A stretch of 63,166 nucleotides of DNA, the filler included, from Circinaria calcarea (Eukaryota): NCBI GenBank assembly GCA_051942165.1. It is 12 parts of 12 records of this genome, joined end to end, with 100 filler letters (N's around TTAATTAATTAA, not from the genome) between each part and the next. Parts side by side here need not be neighbours in the genome. Positions count along the whole stretch, not along the records: positions 1 to 5,185 come from JAVECS010002002.1; positions 5,286 to 10,469 come from JAVECS010002003.1; positions 10,570 to 15,750 come from JAVECS010002004.1; 9 more parts are not named here. One strand, written 5' to 3'. The first letter of the stretch is position 1. Each line of letters starts with the position of its first letter. The position numbers and the translations under genes were made by a program. The notes under the pieces were generated by a model. That model was not told the origin of the DNA, did no database searches, and saw nothing but the letters and a program-made list of their open reading frames with translations. Of this stretch, positions 1 to 12,633 are shown in pieces.

Positions 1-1
1 A

Positions 2-2092
2 GAGCCGATCCGAAAGACCCTATCAAAGGTTCAGAATTCTTGGAAGCTTGTACCGCAATCAACAGACTCCGTTCTAGACCGACTAGAATCTCACAAGCAA
101 GATTTACGAGCGTCTCCCTCTGATACCGTACTATTTGACAAGACCAACCTTCAAAGTAGACCAGCACCCGTTCAACAGGACAAGAATGGGAAATCATTCC
201 GTTCTGTACCTTTATCCACACAGCCAGATATCAGACGAACAGCCCTTATATCAAACGGGATTACAGCGCACTCCCAACGGGTACGAAGTCCGAGTGAGCC
301 AAGTATAGCAAGTACTGCAGCTAATGCGCCTCCACCGCCATTCCCAGTACCAACTCGAATGAGTTCGCGAAAGATAGCGGCAAGTTCGAGTGAGGGGGCA
401 CGTAGTCCTACACCGCAGTCTACAGCTTTCTTTGACAACGCTCAAGATAGAGATATAAGGAGACCACCTCCCAAAAAACCCGCGCTTCGAAAAGTCCGGT
501 CTGCAGCTGCTACTATCAGATCGTCCCACGATGACCGCCAGCGAAGCCGTCAGCGAAGCCGCAGCAGGTCACCACCATTAGCATATCCTTCTTCGAGTGA
601 TGCGGAAAGTTCCGAGTTACCTCCATTGCCAAAAAATAACCTCATTTCACGATATTCAAAGGCTGCGCAACCTCTTCATTCTCGGCGTCAACAGCCTCAA
701 AACCCCACACCTTTGCCTACGCATGATTCAAGCACCGCGTCTGCAAAGGCGGTTCAGCAGACTAGTGTGGTGGACGCAATCGCAATAACCATGATTGGTG
801 AATGGATGTGGAAGTATGCCCGTCGTAGGAAGTCCTTTGGTATTCCGGAGTCGCCCCATGTCGAGTTTGAAAGTGGGAAGAATGTTAGTGATAATGGGGC
901 TAGACACAAGCGATGGGTCTGGCTCGCTCCGTATGATCGTGCGGTAATGTGGAGTACCAAGCAGCCAACTTCTGGGTCGGCATTATTAGGCAAGAATGGA
1001 AGAAAGCGTAGGTGCGATCCAAGCTATTTTGGTATCATGTCTGCTAATAGTCATATAGTCACTATACAGTCCGTTCTGGATGTCCGTGATGATACTCCCA
1101 TGCCTAAAAATAGTACACCCAATGTACTATTTGGCCGATCTATCCTGATACTCACGCCGGAACGAGCCCTTAAGTTTACGGCCACAACGTGCGAGCGTCA
1201 TTATGTCTGGCTGACAGCCCTTTCCTTCCTAAGTCAATCCAACACCAATACCAATGAGCTTCCAATACTGCCTCCTGTGTCTACCCAGGAACACCGTCTT
1301 CCATCCGACGGTCGGTCCATAACATCATCACGCAAAATCCCGATACGTGATTCCATTCGTGTGGCCAAGGGAAAGGCGAGACCTCGTCTGAGTCATGCAT
1401 ACACAACCCCGGGGATCATATCCCAAACTCTTGCTACCGTACCACCAATCACAAATTTTGATCAACTCGACGAGGAAGAAGATGCCGCCGAACCTCCTCA
1501 CGTACCTCGAACTTTAGCACATACCCGCAAACGGAGTATTACCGGTCCTCGTGCTGTACCTCATATTCCCGGCTCATTCAGAATTCAGTCCTCGAATACG
1601 ATGCCTTCAAAAGATAGTGCCAAGAATTCTGAACTGGAAGCCAGCGGCGACTCATTCTTGATTCACAGCCAGCGTAGCAGTGTCTCGAAAAACACGGTCA
1701 GCGAGAACGGTGCTCCCGTCAGCGGTGATGGTGGTAGTCCCAACTTCTTCGATGCCGTGGGTACAATCAGGATGGAGGCGTTTGTAGATAGGACAGTCAA
1801 GTACCTCGGACGTGAACACAGAAATCGCAGTGGTCTTGCCTCTGAGCTTTTGGCAGCGCAGCAAGGGCTAGGAGACGTGTACAGGCCGTATGCAGCCGAG
1901 GAGGGGAAGAAGCCAGGTAGGAACAGTTATCGGACAAGGCAAGGAAGGAAGAAGGATTTGAGCTATTGGGGAGCCAATGGTTCCGGTGGCGGCGGTCCTG
2001 GTGCGTCGACGAGCGAGAACGTGGCAGTTTGGGGAGGAGGAGGAAGTGGAGATGGTGCGAGAGGGGATGTGTTTGCGGGTTTTTCAAGCTGA
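2..2092 (+). CDS. apsA: Nuclear migration cortical anchor ApsA/Num1, C-terminal part with PH domain (5'-truncated)
   Basis: Frame open from base 2. PH motifs VVDAIAITMIGEWMWKY..RHKRWVWLAPYDRAVMWS..GRK|LTIQSVLDV..ILTPERALKFTA..RHYVWLTALSFL. Removing the in-frame 51-nt intron 1008-1058 (GTAGGT..GCTAAT..TAG) restores GRKLTIQ. Confidence 0.9.
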   Translation, partial: EPIRKTLSKVQNSWKLVPQSTDSVLDRLESHKQDLRASPSDTVLFDKTNLQSRPAPVQQDKNGKSFRSVPLSTQPDIRRTALISNGITAHSQRVRSPSEPSIASTAANAPPPPFPVPTRMSSRKIAASSSEGARSPTPQSTAFFDNAQDRDIRRPPPKKPALRKVRSAAATIRSSHDDRQRSRQRSRSRSPPLAYPSSSDAESSELPPLPKNNLISRYSKAAQPLHSRRQQPQNPTPLPTHDSSTASAKAVQQTSVVDAIAITMIGEWMWKYARRRKSFGIPESPHVEFESGKNVSDNGARHKRWVWLAPYDRAVMWSTKQPTSGSALLGKNGRKRRCDPSYFGIMSANSHIVTIQSVLDVRDDTPMPKNSTPNVLFGRSILILTPERALKFTATTCERHYVWLTALSFLSQSNTNTNELPILPPVSTQEHRLPSDGRSITSSRKIPIRDSIRVAKGKARPRLSHAYTTPGIISQTLATVPPITNFDQLDEEEDAAEPPHVPRTLAHTRKRSITGPRAVPHIPGSFRIQSSNTMPSKDSAKNSELEASGDSFLIHSQRSSVSKNTVSENGAPVSGDGGSPNFFDAVGTIRMEAFVDRTVKYLGREHRNRSGLASELLAAQQGLGDVYRPYAAEEGKKPGRNSYRTRQGRKKDLSYWGANGSGGGGPGASTSENVAVWGGGGSGDGARGDVFAGFSS

Positions 2093-2376
2093 AAGGTTGG
2101 ATGTCTGTCGTATTTGGGAATATTTGGAGTATGGCTGAGCCTGGAAGAGAGTTGGATAGATTTACTACTGGTTCAGATGAGCGGATCATTTGGTTTTGGT
2201 TTTCCAGCTCACCTAGGGTAGGGGGATATACGGGAGGGCCAAAGGGACAGAGAGTTGCTTGGAAAGGGAAACTACGAGATTACAAAGGCTCCGTATTGTA
2301 TATACATATAGCCCGAATCCGAATTCAGATCCAAACTCCGCAGCCGCAGCCGCAGCCCGCATGGCAATTTTCATAA

Positions 2377-2381
<5 letters not shown>

Positions 2382-2415
<34 letters not shown>
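2382..2415. repeat. (CT)17 microsatellite
   Basis: Direct reading. Other short tandem repeats lie nearby: (GCAGCC)n ~2340, GGTGGCAGGGAA x2-3 ~2830, (CTGGAG)4 ~2901. Confidence 0.95.
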
Positions 2416-2420
<5 letters not shown>

Positions 2421-4278
2421 CATCCATATTTTCCTCCATCCACAACCACAACCCACACTCACACCCACATGATCAATAACCTTTTTGTGTGGTAATAGTT
2501 TTTTTCTTTTCTTGTTTCTTTTTTCAGATTTCGAATTTCGGAATCTACATCGCACCGCACCGTAAGCACCGCACCCGTAGGCCGGGACTCGAGACTCGGG
2601 GACTCGCAGTCCAACAAGCAAGGACGACTTGCGGTGGGCATGGTGGCAGGAATGAATGACCCTTAATCCCTGATCTTTTATCCTCCGAAGAATCCTTATC
2701 CACGGTCCACCTTACTTGCCACTTGCCACTTTGCACGGTTTTTTTTTGCAAGCTTCAAGCAAATGGGTATATTGAATTGAGCGTTTTTTTTTCGTTGTTG
2801 GGGGAGTTTTGCCTGGGGGGGTTTCAAGGTGGCAGGGAAGGTGGCAGGGAAGGTGGACAAGGTGATTTTTTGTAATGAAAATCCTTTCTTTAGCCGGATG
2901 CTGGAGCTGGAGCTGGAGCTGGAGCTATCATGCTAGGGGCATCTGGAACATTGTAACTTGTCCGGGAATTTTCCCGTTCCGTTCCGTTTCGTTTCGTCTT
3001 CTGTCTGAACAGAGAGGGGCAGAGGAGCCCCCGTGCGTTGTTCTATCTGTCTGTTGGTCTGTGCCGGGACAAACAAATAGGTAGGTCAGGTCAGGTTAAG
3101 TGGGTTAGGTCATGTCATGGTTCGCGAACAAACAAGGGCAGTCAGTCGTACTGTTACGTTCCTCGCGTGTGTGTATGTGTGCACATGTGTGTGTATGTGT
3201 GCACGGTAAGTTAGCGGCAAGGAGAGGATCGAGAGGGGGAAAAAACACAACATTGGGGAATTAAGAGGGATATATAGCCAAGGCTTTGGGAATGTATGAG
3301 GGAAAAAGGGGGTCGATTACCCAGTACTGCTGGTTTGCAAATTGAGAAAGTCTCGAGATTTTTGAGACGGAAGGGGGAAGGGAGTTTCAAAAAATTGTGA
3401 TTCCGGATAGAAGGCCAGTCACAGAGCAATTCGGAGCATTTCAAGGGGTGAGAAAAGTCACGTGGAGCCAAAAACATAAAACAAAAGGGCACCGTCAAGT
3501 TTTAACCAGGAGAAACTTTTTATCTTTTTTGGAGATGGTCTTGCGAACCAACGGGCCACGACCGGCGCGCAATAAAGTGCCATCATCTACTGGAATAATG
3601 CGAAAGATCCTTAAATTAAAATCCCCGGGCACAGAAGAAAGGAAAAAGGTCTCGGCGGAATCGGTCCTACTCCACCACACACCTCCCCCAACCCAGCTGT
3701 AACGCTAAGCAGCTCAATCATCCAATAAGCCCCCCGTCTCCCATCACAAGCCCCCCCGACCTTGGGTTCATCAAAAGGCCGTTTTTGGTTTTGGAAAGAA
3801 AAGAAAAAAGCAAGAAATATAATATACTTGATGGGTCCTCCCAACACACATTTCCCTCATACAAAGTTCTCCTAACAGCATCGTAATCATCACACCTGAA
3901 TGCATCACCTTAGGAGGAGATCAAGGGTGGAGTCGTGGGTAGAATCGAACGTTGGTGTCGTTAGGGTCGTCAATGCAGCATGGAAAAGCATGAAACACCA
4001 TCAAATGGTTCGTAATGGTGCAAATGAGAATCTCTATAGATGGGAGGATGAATTGGGAAAATAAGAGGATACCATCCCCGTCCGTTGGTGAAACCCAAGA
4101 CCAAGGCAAGATGGAGTTTCTCGGGTAAATCGAGACGAAAACAATGTAGAAGTTCGGTGGACTCGCTGCGTTAATCGTCATAATATCGCGTGCCCCGTGC
4201 AAGCAGTTCGTATACGGTCGAATTTCAATGACCATGCCGTGTCAGATAAAGGCGATACCCAACTCGTCCATTCGTATA

Positions 4279-5185
4279 TCATCGGCGTCGTTGCATTATT
4301 GTGCTTTTCGTTCGGCCAATGGTCCGTCCATCCCGGTCAAACGGACCGCTAATAGGAGTACTGACACTCCCTTCTCGCATCGTCTTACGGCGTTTAAGAG
4401 CTTCGATATCATCTCCACGACTCGTCGGGCGAGAATGATCCTGATCGTCCTCGTCACGTACACGCTTGTTTGACGGGGCCGATCCATTGACAATCGAAGA
4501 TGCATAGGCCGATTGCAGAGGAGTCGAAGTATAAGGGTCCGTTCCCCCACTGCCGTTAGCCGTCGGTCCTCGGGCGTCGCTCATGACACTATAAAGGCTG
4601 CTCGAAGGCGGTATTCGAGGTGGTGTGTTGTATCCGGGGGCCGGCCATGGCGCTTGAGAAACAGCGGTACTCCGTGGTGTCATTCGACCGGTACCGTTTT
4701 GGTGCGACGGCGATCCGGACACCTGTTCGGGGGAGAGGTGAGGGTGCTCTCCGTGCAAGGATCCTATGCTTGGACCCGTATTGTAATATGATGGACCACG
4801 ATTGGCGTTGTAGGCAGTGCTATTGTCATGAGCATATTCCGTATCATGTTCATGCTCTGCTTCTTCCTCACCCGTTGCGTGGCCCGCCTGCTCGTTTCCC
4901 TGGCTGTGAGCGTAGGGGTCATTTTTATGATCGCCATGATCAGCCTCCGACACAGAACCTGTTGCTCGGGATGTCGGTGGTCCCATGTCGCTCTTCATAT
5001 ATGGGTTTGCTTGCATCGCCTGACCGAACCTTGCCATGTTGTGTTGAGCCACATTTTGCTGCTGGGGAGGATATTGGCCTTGCTGGGCTGGTGCCGCCGA
5101 ATACATGGATCGGGAGTTGTCATAGGACTGTTGGTTCTGGTACGGTTGCATATTTTGCATCATGCTGCCCGGAGGCGTTGTGGCC
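4279..5185 (-). CDS. stuA: APSES developmental transcription factor StuA, C-terminal region (APSES domain off-contig)
   Basis: StuA-type blocks ATTPPG, YMKSDMGPP, HEHDTEYAHDN, NGTGRMTPR, GYNTPPR, LYSVMSD, NKRVRDEDD, KRRKT. Confidence 0.88.
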
Positions 5186-5285
5186 NNNNNNNNNNNNNNN
5201 NNNNNNNNNNNNNNNNNNNNNNNNNNNNNTTAATTAATTAANNNNNNNNNNNNNNNNNNNNNNNNNNNNNNNNNNNNNNNNNNNN
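5186..5285. other. Artificial contig spacer N44-TTAATTAATTAA-N44 (one of 11)
   Basis: Identical 100-nt spacers at 5186-5285, 10470-10569, 15751-15850, 21030-21129, 26304-26403, 31575-31674, 36843-36942, 42111-42210, 47377-47476, 52643-52742, 57909-58008. The core puts stops in all six frames. Confidence 0.99.
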
Positions 5286-6126
5286 CCACGCTTCTCCGTA
5301 CAGTTGTTCGGGATCACCGTCCGACTTAGGTGGATCCCTGAAGGGCTGTACCTCATCGGGACAGCCAATGGCGGGATTGCATCGTAGGTTAACATAGCCA
5401 TGCTCTCGAACAGTATCAAGACGCAAACTGTTGATCGAAGCGACGTTGTCGTAATTCGCGGCATCGGTATGCCATGCTTGTGGATAGCCATCTCGGTGAC
5501 TGTGAAGGAAGACGATGATATCGGGAAGATCATCGTAATTTTCAACGACGTAGGTAAGATATGCGTTGGCTTCGCGGCCCTTATTCTGTGAGGTGTGATA
5601 AGTGGCGCTGGTGTTATCAACAGTATAAATTGCTCGTTGCCATCTATAGAACATTGATTAGAGGGTCAATTGCTAGACGAATCTGGCTAACAGGGACACA
5701 CTCGGGCAAGTTGTCCTTCACCCATGACGTATTCTCGCGGTCTAATTTTGCCATGACTATTATCTTGCTGAGAGGTGTAGGGCTTGGTTGAGACGATAAC
5801 GTTTTTGTAACCATCCCATCTATTGTTTGTGGTGGACTTGTCGACACAGCTGTGAAGAAAGTGGACGCTTCATTCGGGGAACCTGGGCCATTAGCTGACG
5901 TGGCAACTGTCGGGGCCTCATCTGACGAGTAACTGGAGAATGGCGGACTCATGGACGAGGTGGAAATCTCTGGATGTATTGTGGCGGGCCGAGGCCGGCC
6001 AACATGGGAGAAACGGGGCCATGAAAGGGGTGCCCACGACTTGTCGATGTCGTAGAGACTGAAATATACCAAACAGATAATGACAAGGCTAGATAAAGCA
6101 ATCAAATAGCGGAAGGAAGCCCTCAT
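5286..6126 (-). CDS. DUF3431-family type II membrane protein (3'-truncated)
   Basis: N-terminal signal anchor (MRASFRYLIALSSLVIICLVYF), Ser/Thr stem, intron 5644-5701, then WQRAIYTVD..NKGREANAYLTYVVENYDDLPDIIVFLHSHR..AWHTD..GYVNLRC. Confidence 0.85.
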
Positions 6127-6898
6127 GGCATTCTTGCAAAGATATCCTAAAACATGTTGGTACGAAGATGGGAAGATAGAAGCCATGAGATGGAGGCTCC
6201 CCTTGGCTGAAAGACCCCCATGATAATAATGAAATGGCTTTCCGCCGGTACGCCACTAGCGCCGCTTCTGTCGCACGCTGGAAACCAGTCATATCACTAG
6301 CGCACGGTTTGTATGGTCGCTGAGCCGCGACAATGAGCCTAGTAAAACCTCCGGAGCTAAGCACGGCGGGAAGCTACTAGGTATTGCTCGGACCGGGCCT
6401 CGATCGACGTTGAGCCTTGTCTGAAACAAGAAATCTCTCAGCCTGACTTGTTAGCCGCTGCAGCTATTCGTCAACCCCTAAGGTGATTGAGACAGCTATG
6501 TTTGTGATACCATTGTATCGGGATATATGCCAACATTTTGACTTACGCCTTCGCCTCTTGATTGGCTCCATTTCTGTCTAGCGCCCTGGATGGACTTGCT
6601 ATGCTGTCGCACAAGCTCCCAGCAGATGGCACGGAGATACTGCAATCTCAGCTTTAGACCCTATCGGCATACCGATTCCTCCTATCAATTGCCTTGCTTG
6701 CTAAGTGGGCCCCTTTCCGAAGTCGATCCTACAGCCGCCGTGCCAGTACCCGTACATCTTGGGGGTCGACCAGTAGTAAGCGTATTCCGTACTCGGGACT
6801 TTCGTTGAATTTCTTTCCCTTTGCTACTTCGTACAAATCAACCATATGCTCACGTTGACTATTGTTATCTCAATTCTGCTTGTCTGTTCATCCTCACA

Positions 6899-8706
6899 AT
6901 GTTCTATGTACGATATCGTGCCCAGGTAGCACTTTATACTTTCATTCTTTTTATATGGAAGAGTCATGCCCAGGACTCTTGCCAATCGGGCGTCACCCCA
7001 CCATTTAAGATACCAGTACGGAATGTTTCTCTTGCAAACAACGTATTAAGACGGGGCGTGCCCATCTCGATTGGAACACCACCTCAAAGGTTTGCATTTT
7101 GGGTGCATGCCAAGTAAGTAAAGCGTTATATACACTGGTTTCTTTCTGGTAATCTACGCCCTTGGCCAAGTCTTTACTTCGCAGCAGACAAATGCTGTGC
7201 GGTTATCACAGGATCCGGTTTGGAGATATGTCAGAATGGCCTTAATAGATACTAATGCTCGGTGATTTAGCGATGCAAACAATACATTCGTTTACAAAAT
7301 CGGTGGCGACCAGTGCGAAAGCTCCAACACGCCTATCCAATGTCAGGCTTTCCTCAGCGGGCAGTTCGATCCATCTGCATCGTCGAGTTGGTCAGAAGCA
7401 AGCAGTTTATTCGCCGCGGGCGGAGCTGTGCTGGACAATGGTACCGGTGCGGGTAATATCTTCGGAACGGATGTTATCCACCTCAACACCAGCGCCAATT
7501 TTACTCGTTTTCCAATTAGCATTCAAGACGGCAAAAGTCTAGACTCTAATGCACTCGGCCTTGCGACCAATTCTACTTTGCTTAGTGCTATGATAAATGC
7601 TAAACTGATTGCTTCACGGACCTGGTCGCTCTTTTGGGGCCTTACAGGCTCAGATAAAGAAACCCAAATGGATGGCACGCTATTACTCGGTGGTTACGAC
7701 CTCGCAAAAACAAAAGGAAGAAACTCTACCCAGAGTTTGACCACTGGTCAGGGCTGCGATCTATTTATTACTGTCACCAACATAAAGATGAATTTCCCTA
7801 ATACCACCGATTTTGAGATCCTGGCAACCAGTTACTCGTCCGGACTGCGGATGTGTATCACGCCGGAATACCCTATTATCACGATACCGTTCCAAGTCTG
7901 GGAGAGCTTCAAATCATATGCTGGAGGAACTTATATGGATCGCAGTTACGGCATCAATCTATGGGGTCAGCTTTATGAAGCTGCCGGGGTGTAAGTAACG
8001 ACCAGATTTCCGGAACCCACACTATTTGATGTGTATATCTGAAGCTCACAGTTTGACTAGCTATGCCGGCGACTTAACATTTACCCTCTCGACCGGCTTG
8101 CAGATCAGAATTCCCAACAATCAGCTCGTCGTGCCCGATATTCACATTAGCGATGCCGGTCAACAATATATAAACGATACCACCCGAGAAGTACTCCTTA
8201 ATAGCTTACAAGACATAAACGCAGACGATATACCCAAGCTCGGCCATACCTTCCTAACCTCCACGTATCTTTACGTGAACAATGACGAAAACGCATTCAC
8301 TATCTGGCAATCCAATCCCACCACAGATGAGAATATCATTTCCGTAGGACCCTCCACAACATCATGCAGCTCGATTCCCGTTTCAACCGCCACCTCCTCT
8401 GCATCAGCCTCCTCCTTGTCTAGAGAATCGTCACAGTCGAATCCTGTTCCAATAGGAGCGGTTGTGGGAGCTGCCGTCGGTGGCGTTGCGCTCCTGCTCC
8501 TCATTGGGCTAACAATCCTCTACCTCCGACGTCGCAAACGTCATGCAGCGCAAGCAAAGTCCGCAGCGTCTCTGCCCCGGGTGCCGCCGAAAGAATATCA
8601 GATGGAGAACGATACTCGAATTCCCTCACTGATGCAAGAACTTCCGGCTTATCAGACGCCTCAAGAGTTAGCCGACGGTGACCGTCAGCGACACGAGCTG
8701 GGATAG
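6899..8706 (+). CDS. Pepsin-fold (A1 aspartic peptidase-like) single-pass membrane protein, catalytic Asp motifs degenerate
   Basis: Signal peptide; ISIGTPPQ; FDPSASSSW; LGLATNSTLLSAM..IASRTWSLFWG..DGTLLLGGYD; LGHTFLTSTYLYVN; Ser-rich stalk; TM (IGAVVGAAVGGVALLLLIGLTILYL) followed by RRRKR. Introns 7114-7270 and 7991-8060 join three frames cleanly. Confidence 0.82.
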
Positions 8707-9853
8707 ACTGGGGTGACGAAGGGCCGTGACTCGTGAGTAGATGGGCAATTTCCTTGCGGTTAGAAACAGAGGCTGGGGGTAACACTATCTGGTATTTTCA
8801 ATATCGGCGTAAAGGGGTTCAGGTCTTCACAGCACGCTCACACTGATGATAACGGCACCTGCAAAACGTCATTCCTGTACATTTACTTGATTGGTTTTCT
8901 CGTTCACGCTCCGAAGCTTCCGGAGTACTCTAGGGCAGTTCCTAATTAGGCGGGAAATATATTCTTAATTAGCAGTCACAACTAAACTACGAATTTGCTT
9001 TCGGAACCATGACACTTTATTCATGCATTCTGAAGTACTGCACCAAAGTATGGCTTCAAGTACTAGTTCCTGTAAACGGAAAAGCCATACCAACTCCCCC
9101 GTTCATAATCCGCTACAGTCTTGGCGTACCTTATGGCCTAAGGCGGCCAATAAGCTCCAGCATATACGCGCGACTAGTCGCTTCTGGAAACAACCCCCTA
9201 CCTTAGACAAACTCCTGAAAACGCAGGGGTCCGGAGTAGCTTTACATCTTCCAAACCGGTTAAGTGCACTCCATACGCCGTACGGGGAGATGTACTAGAG
9301 TTCCGGGGAAGAAACGGAGAAATGGCCTCTTTGGGTTCACTCCGTATGCAGACTCCAAAGTGGTGAGAGAACGGTCAACGGAATTATGGTAAAGGCTACT
9401 TGAGCACTGACTGCTTGCGCGTATTGTACGGGTGGTGGAGAAAAGGTGAGCGCTGAATGCTAGGACGGTGTTTACGGTTGAGATAGAAGTGGACAGCGGG
9501 GTTTGTAAAGTAGGCATCAAATATGACATGTGTCTTGTATTTATACTGCGTAATACTATCTAAACGTTTCATTCGTCACCATGGCGTGGCGAGGCCAAAT
9601 ACCATGCAATCTTTGCGCCTTCCGTTCTATATATTAGAGTGGTGGATGCTATGGAGTAGTCGGTACGTCTTGCTAATAGGAAGGTCGGAATGATTAGAAG
9701 GTAAGTAAAAGTTGACCCCTATTCCCTTGAAGCCATGCATTTTTAACTTCTGTTTCCTCTTTCCGAGAGCCATCATCATGCTCCCGCAGCTGATGGATCA
9801 TCCTTAAGTTGTATATTGCGTTTTGACTCTGGATGCTATCCCTCGGCTCCCTT

Positions 9854-10469
9854 TTAGTCTGGAAATTGGTCGTGGTAATCAGTTTCTCCAGCCAGGAGCT
9901 TGTCGATGTTCAGCTTCGTGCTCCACCTGATATTCACCGTCTTCCCTTCTTTGAGCTCAGGAACGCCAGGATTGATGTCACTTCCCTTGCCTGCCCCTCC
10001 TGCAAATCGATGGGCCTGGAAGTACGTTGGATTGGCGCTGACGCACAGGCCACTCTTATCCATGCACCACCATGCCAGAGCATTGTCGAATATCCCTCTC
10101 AGCTCCTTGACGGACAGTGCGTATAAAACTTTCCGTGCGCCTGCGAGGCTGAGTGCGTAAGCGTATGTACAGATTGGGCCCCCGGTAATATGAATGATAC
10201 GTGAGTGTTCAGGGAACTCCTTCATCATTTCCGGATTGTTTATGTGGAGTTTCCCAAACGTGGGAACGCTGAGGTCATTGTTGATCACGTAAACGCGACC
10301 ATCGTCTTTAGGACGATCGTCGTGACAGAGGCCGACCCAAAGGACGTCCCAACCGTCGCCGTAGGGAGAAGACGTGGCGGCGTCCGAAGCATTTCCCAGG
10401 AAGAAGCGAGAACCGAGGGCGAAATCGGCAAGCTGAGACTTGATCCTGATATCCCAATCGGCATCATCC
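9854..10469 (-). CDS. Glycosyltransferase family 25 protein, C-terminal part (5'-truncated)
   Basis: DDADWDIRIKSQL..SPYGDGWDVLWVGLC..GPICTYAYALSLAGARKVLY..SDIN..NIRWSTKLN. Confidence 0.82.
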
Positions 10470-10570
10470 NNNNNNNNNNNNNNNNNNNNNNNNNNNNNNN
10501 NNNNNNNNNNNNNTTAATTAATTAANNNNNNNNNNNNNNNNNNNNNNNNNNNNNNNNNNNNNNNNNNNNA

Positions 10571-10783
10571 GGGGAGAAGATTGTGGATGCTGTGGAGGGA
10601 AAATTGGAAGATGGGTTGAAAGACTTGTGGAGGTGGAGAGAAGGAAGACGTGGGGAGTGGGGAACTGAAGACGGTTCGAGGGGAGGTCGAAAGGGAATGA
10701 GGTGGGAGGAGGAGATGGCGAGGGATAGCGGTAAGAATGACCGTGATGCGGGTTTGACAACGAAGATTCGTTATAAATTATAA
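10571..10783 (+). CDS. FAD-dependent amine oxidase (fructosyl-amine/sarcosine/pipecolate oxidase family), C-terminal tail
   Basis: Frame open from the contig edge: GEKIVDAVEGKLEDGLKDLWRWR..TEDGSRGGRKGM..YKL*, resembling the tail after the FKFLPVxG motif in this family (recall). Confidence 0.65.
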   Translation, partial: GEKIVDAVEGKLEDGLKDLWRWREGRRGEWGTEDGSRGGRKGMRWEEEMARDSGKNDRDAGLTTKIRYKL

Positions 10784-11354
10784 AGAGACTGGATTTCTGA
10801 CGTGTATAAAGGATGGATAGATTTTGATATACAGTTAAACATTCCAGAAGAATAATATACTAGGTATATAAGTTGATAGGATTAATAACTTGTAAATAGG
10901 CCTATAAGGCCGTAGAATACTTTACTAGAAAAGTATCTAAAGTTAAGGTATATGGTAATGTGAGGCACGAACAATACGATGGCTATACGTAGTATGTGCG
11001 AGAACTAACCATTACAGAAAAAGAAATATGCGAGTAAAAGGTTTTCACTATACACCAAGACGCCAACTAAACGAGATATCGCCACCCCCTAAGCGTAGAG
11101 CCTGACAAGGCCCAATCAACAAGGCATCGGAAATAAAAACTTACTTCAATACCACACACGTGACCACATATGGAGCGGGCTTAATTTACGGAGTAGATAT
11201 TCAAACACCATGGACGCGCAACCTGGCACAGAGGCGAGGTGGGAACCTAAGAGATCCTGCATACTAACGGATGCCCGCTAGATAGCCGGGACAAGTCAGC
11301 CGTTAGAGCGGGAGATCATTCTTTTAGGCGACCTTAGCTTCTTAGCGTTGATGT

Positions 11355-11407
11355 AGGATGGTAAGGGAAAAGGATGGTAGGGGAAAAGGATGGTAGGGGA
11401 AAAGGAT
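11355..11407. repeat. 16-bp tandem repeat AGGATGGTARGGGAAA x3.3
   Basis: Direct reading; no spacers between units. Confidence 0.9.
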
Positions 11408-12196
11408 ACCGGCGCATATGGAGTAGTTGGCGTAATACTTGAGCTATCCCAGAGTGATCATCAACCAATTAGAATCGCCAATAGACAAAGTTACAAAGGC
11501 AGATTTCTCCTGTGTGCACATGTCTGCATGGGTGCAAAGGGCTTCTAGCCAGTGAAGGATTTACTAATGCAGGTAGAAGGGAAGACGGAGAAGGAGATGA
11601 GGTTGTGCGAGGTCGCGGAGGTCGACAGAAGCTAAGAAGGGGATGGTAGTGGGAGAATGTGGGTGGGCCAGATGGCTGAATGGCAATAAGGACGAAGCAC
11701 AACCCCCTTGAAGAAAATAACCTTGTTAGGTTTAGGCCTAGGTCTGGTAGCCTTTCGGCAAACGTTCGACAGGGAAACGATCTCGGTATCAAAACCCTGT
11801 CGACACTGCCCCAATTGAAGGTAAGGCTGTGAGAACCCGCACGTCATCCCCATAGTTAGCGGGAGCGGATCATGCATGGGCAATTAGGAGCCTATAAGAA
11901 GCGCTAGATTATCGCTAAATCATCCAGATGGATATCTAGTGGTGTGCCTAGCGACCACCGAGAGTACCACGTATCCTGTGCAGTGCCTCTTCGTCAGTTC
12001 TCCAGAGTTCACTTTGCGGATGAGGCCCGCTAACGGTACGCAGTCACTCACGTATCAACACCGGATAATGCGAGAATTAAAACCAACCCCATCACAGTGC
12101 ACACCGTGCAATGCATAAAGGTAGCCTCGTTTCCATGCCTTTCGATGCTTTCAATTCACCTTTGACTCCCTCGAGACAAGTATACTACGGCCAAAG

Positions 12197-12633
12197 ATGT
12201 TCCTGTACTACCCAAGCCCTAATTTTACCTCGAGCAGTCTCACATCCTCCCCAACCTCCTTTCACCATACCGATACACCTTTAGCTACTCCGACCAACCT
12301 TAGCAGCGGCAATCTTACTTCCGTTTCTCTTCCTCCTCAATCGCCCTCATCCGACTGGACACACAGCAGCTACTTTACCAACACAATCCGCATCCTCATC
12401 GTTCTTGCAATTTCTTTCCTCATACGCATCGTCTTCCAATACTACCGCATGTGGCATCCTCGTGCTCATGCCCAGGACTCTAGCAGTCAGTTCAATCTTC
12501 CATGCTCACCTCACTATCCCTGTGTGGACAATGTAAGCTGACTTCCTGTGACTGCTCCAGTTACTACTCAAGCTCGCTCGGAAGCAGAGAATGTCGTCGG
12601 CCTCAACCTCGAAAATCTCGCCGGGTCTAGCTG
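12197..12633 (+). CDS. Possible small Ser/Thr/Pro-rich single-pass membrane protein
   Basis: ATG-initiated S/T/P-rich ORF with a hydrophobic stretch (IRILIVLAISFLIRIVF) and a possible short 3' exon after the CTCCAG acceptor at ~12560. No recognised homology. Confidence 0.3.

Noticed and set aside
9009..9529. Short ORFs between the pepsin-like and GT25 genes
   Set aside because: No recognisable motif or coherent splice model in any frame.
11355..11407. CRISPR-like array (also considered for 28715-28819)
   Set aside because: Head-to-tail repeats with no unique spacers, eukaryotic context, no cas genes.
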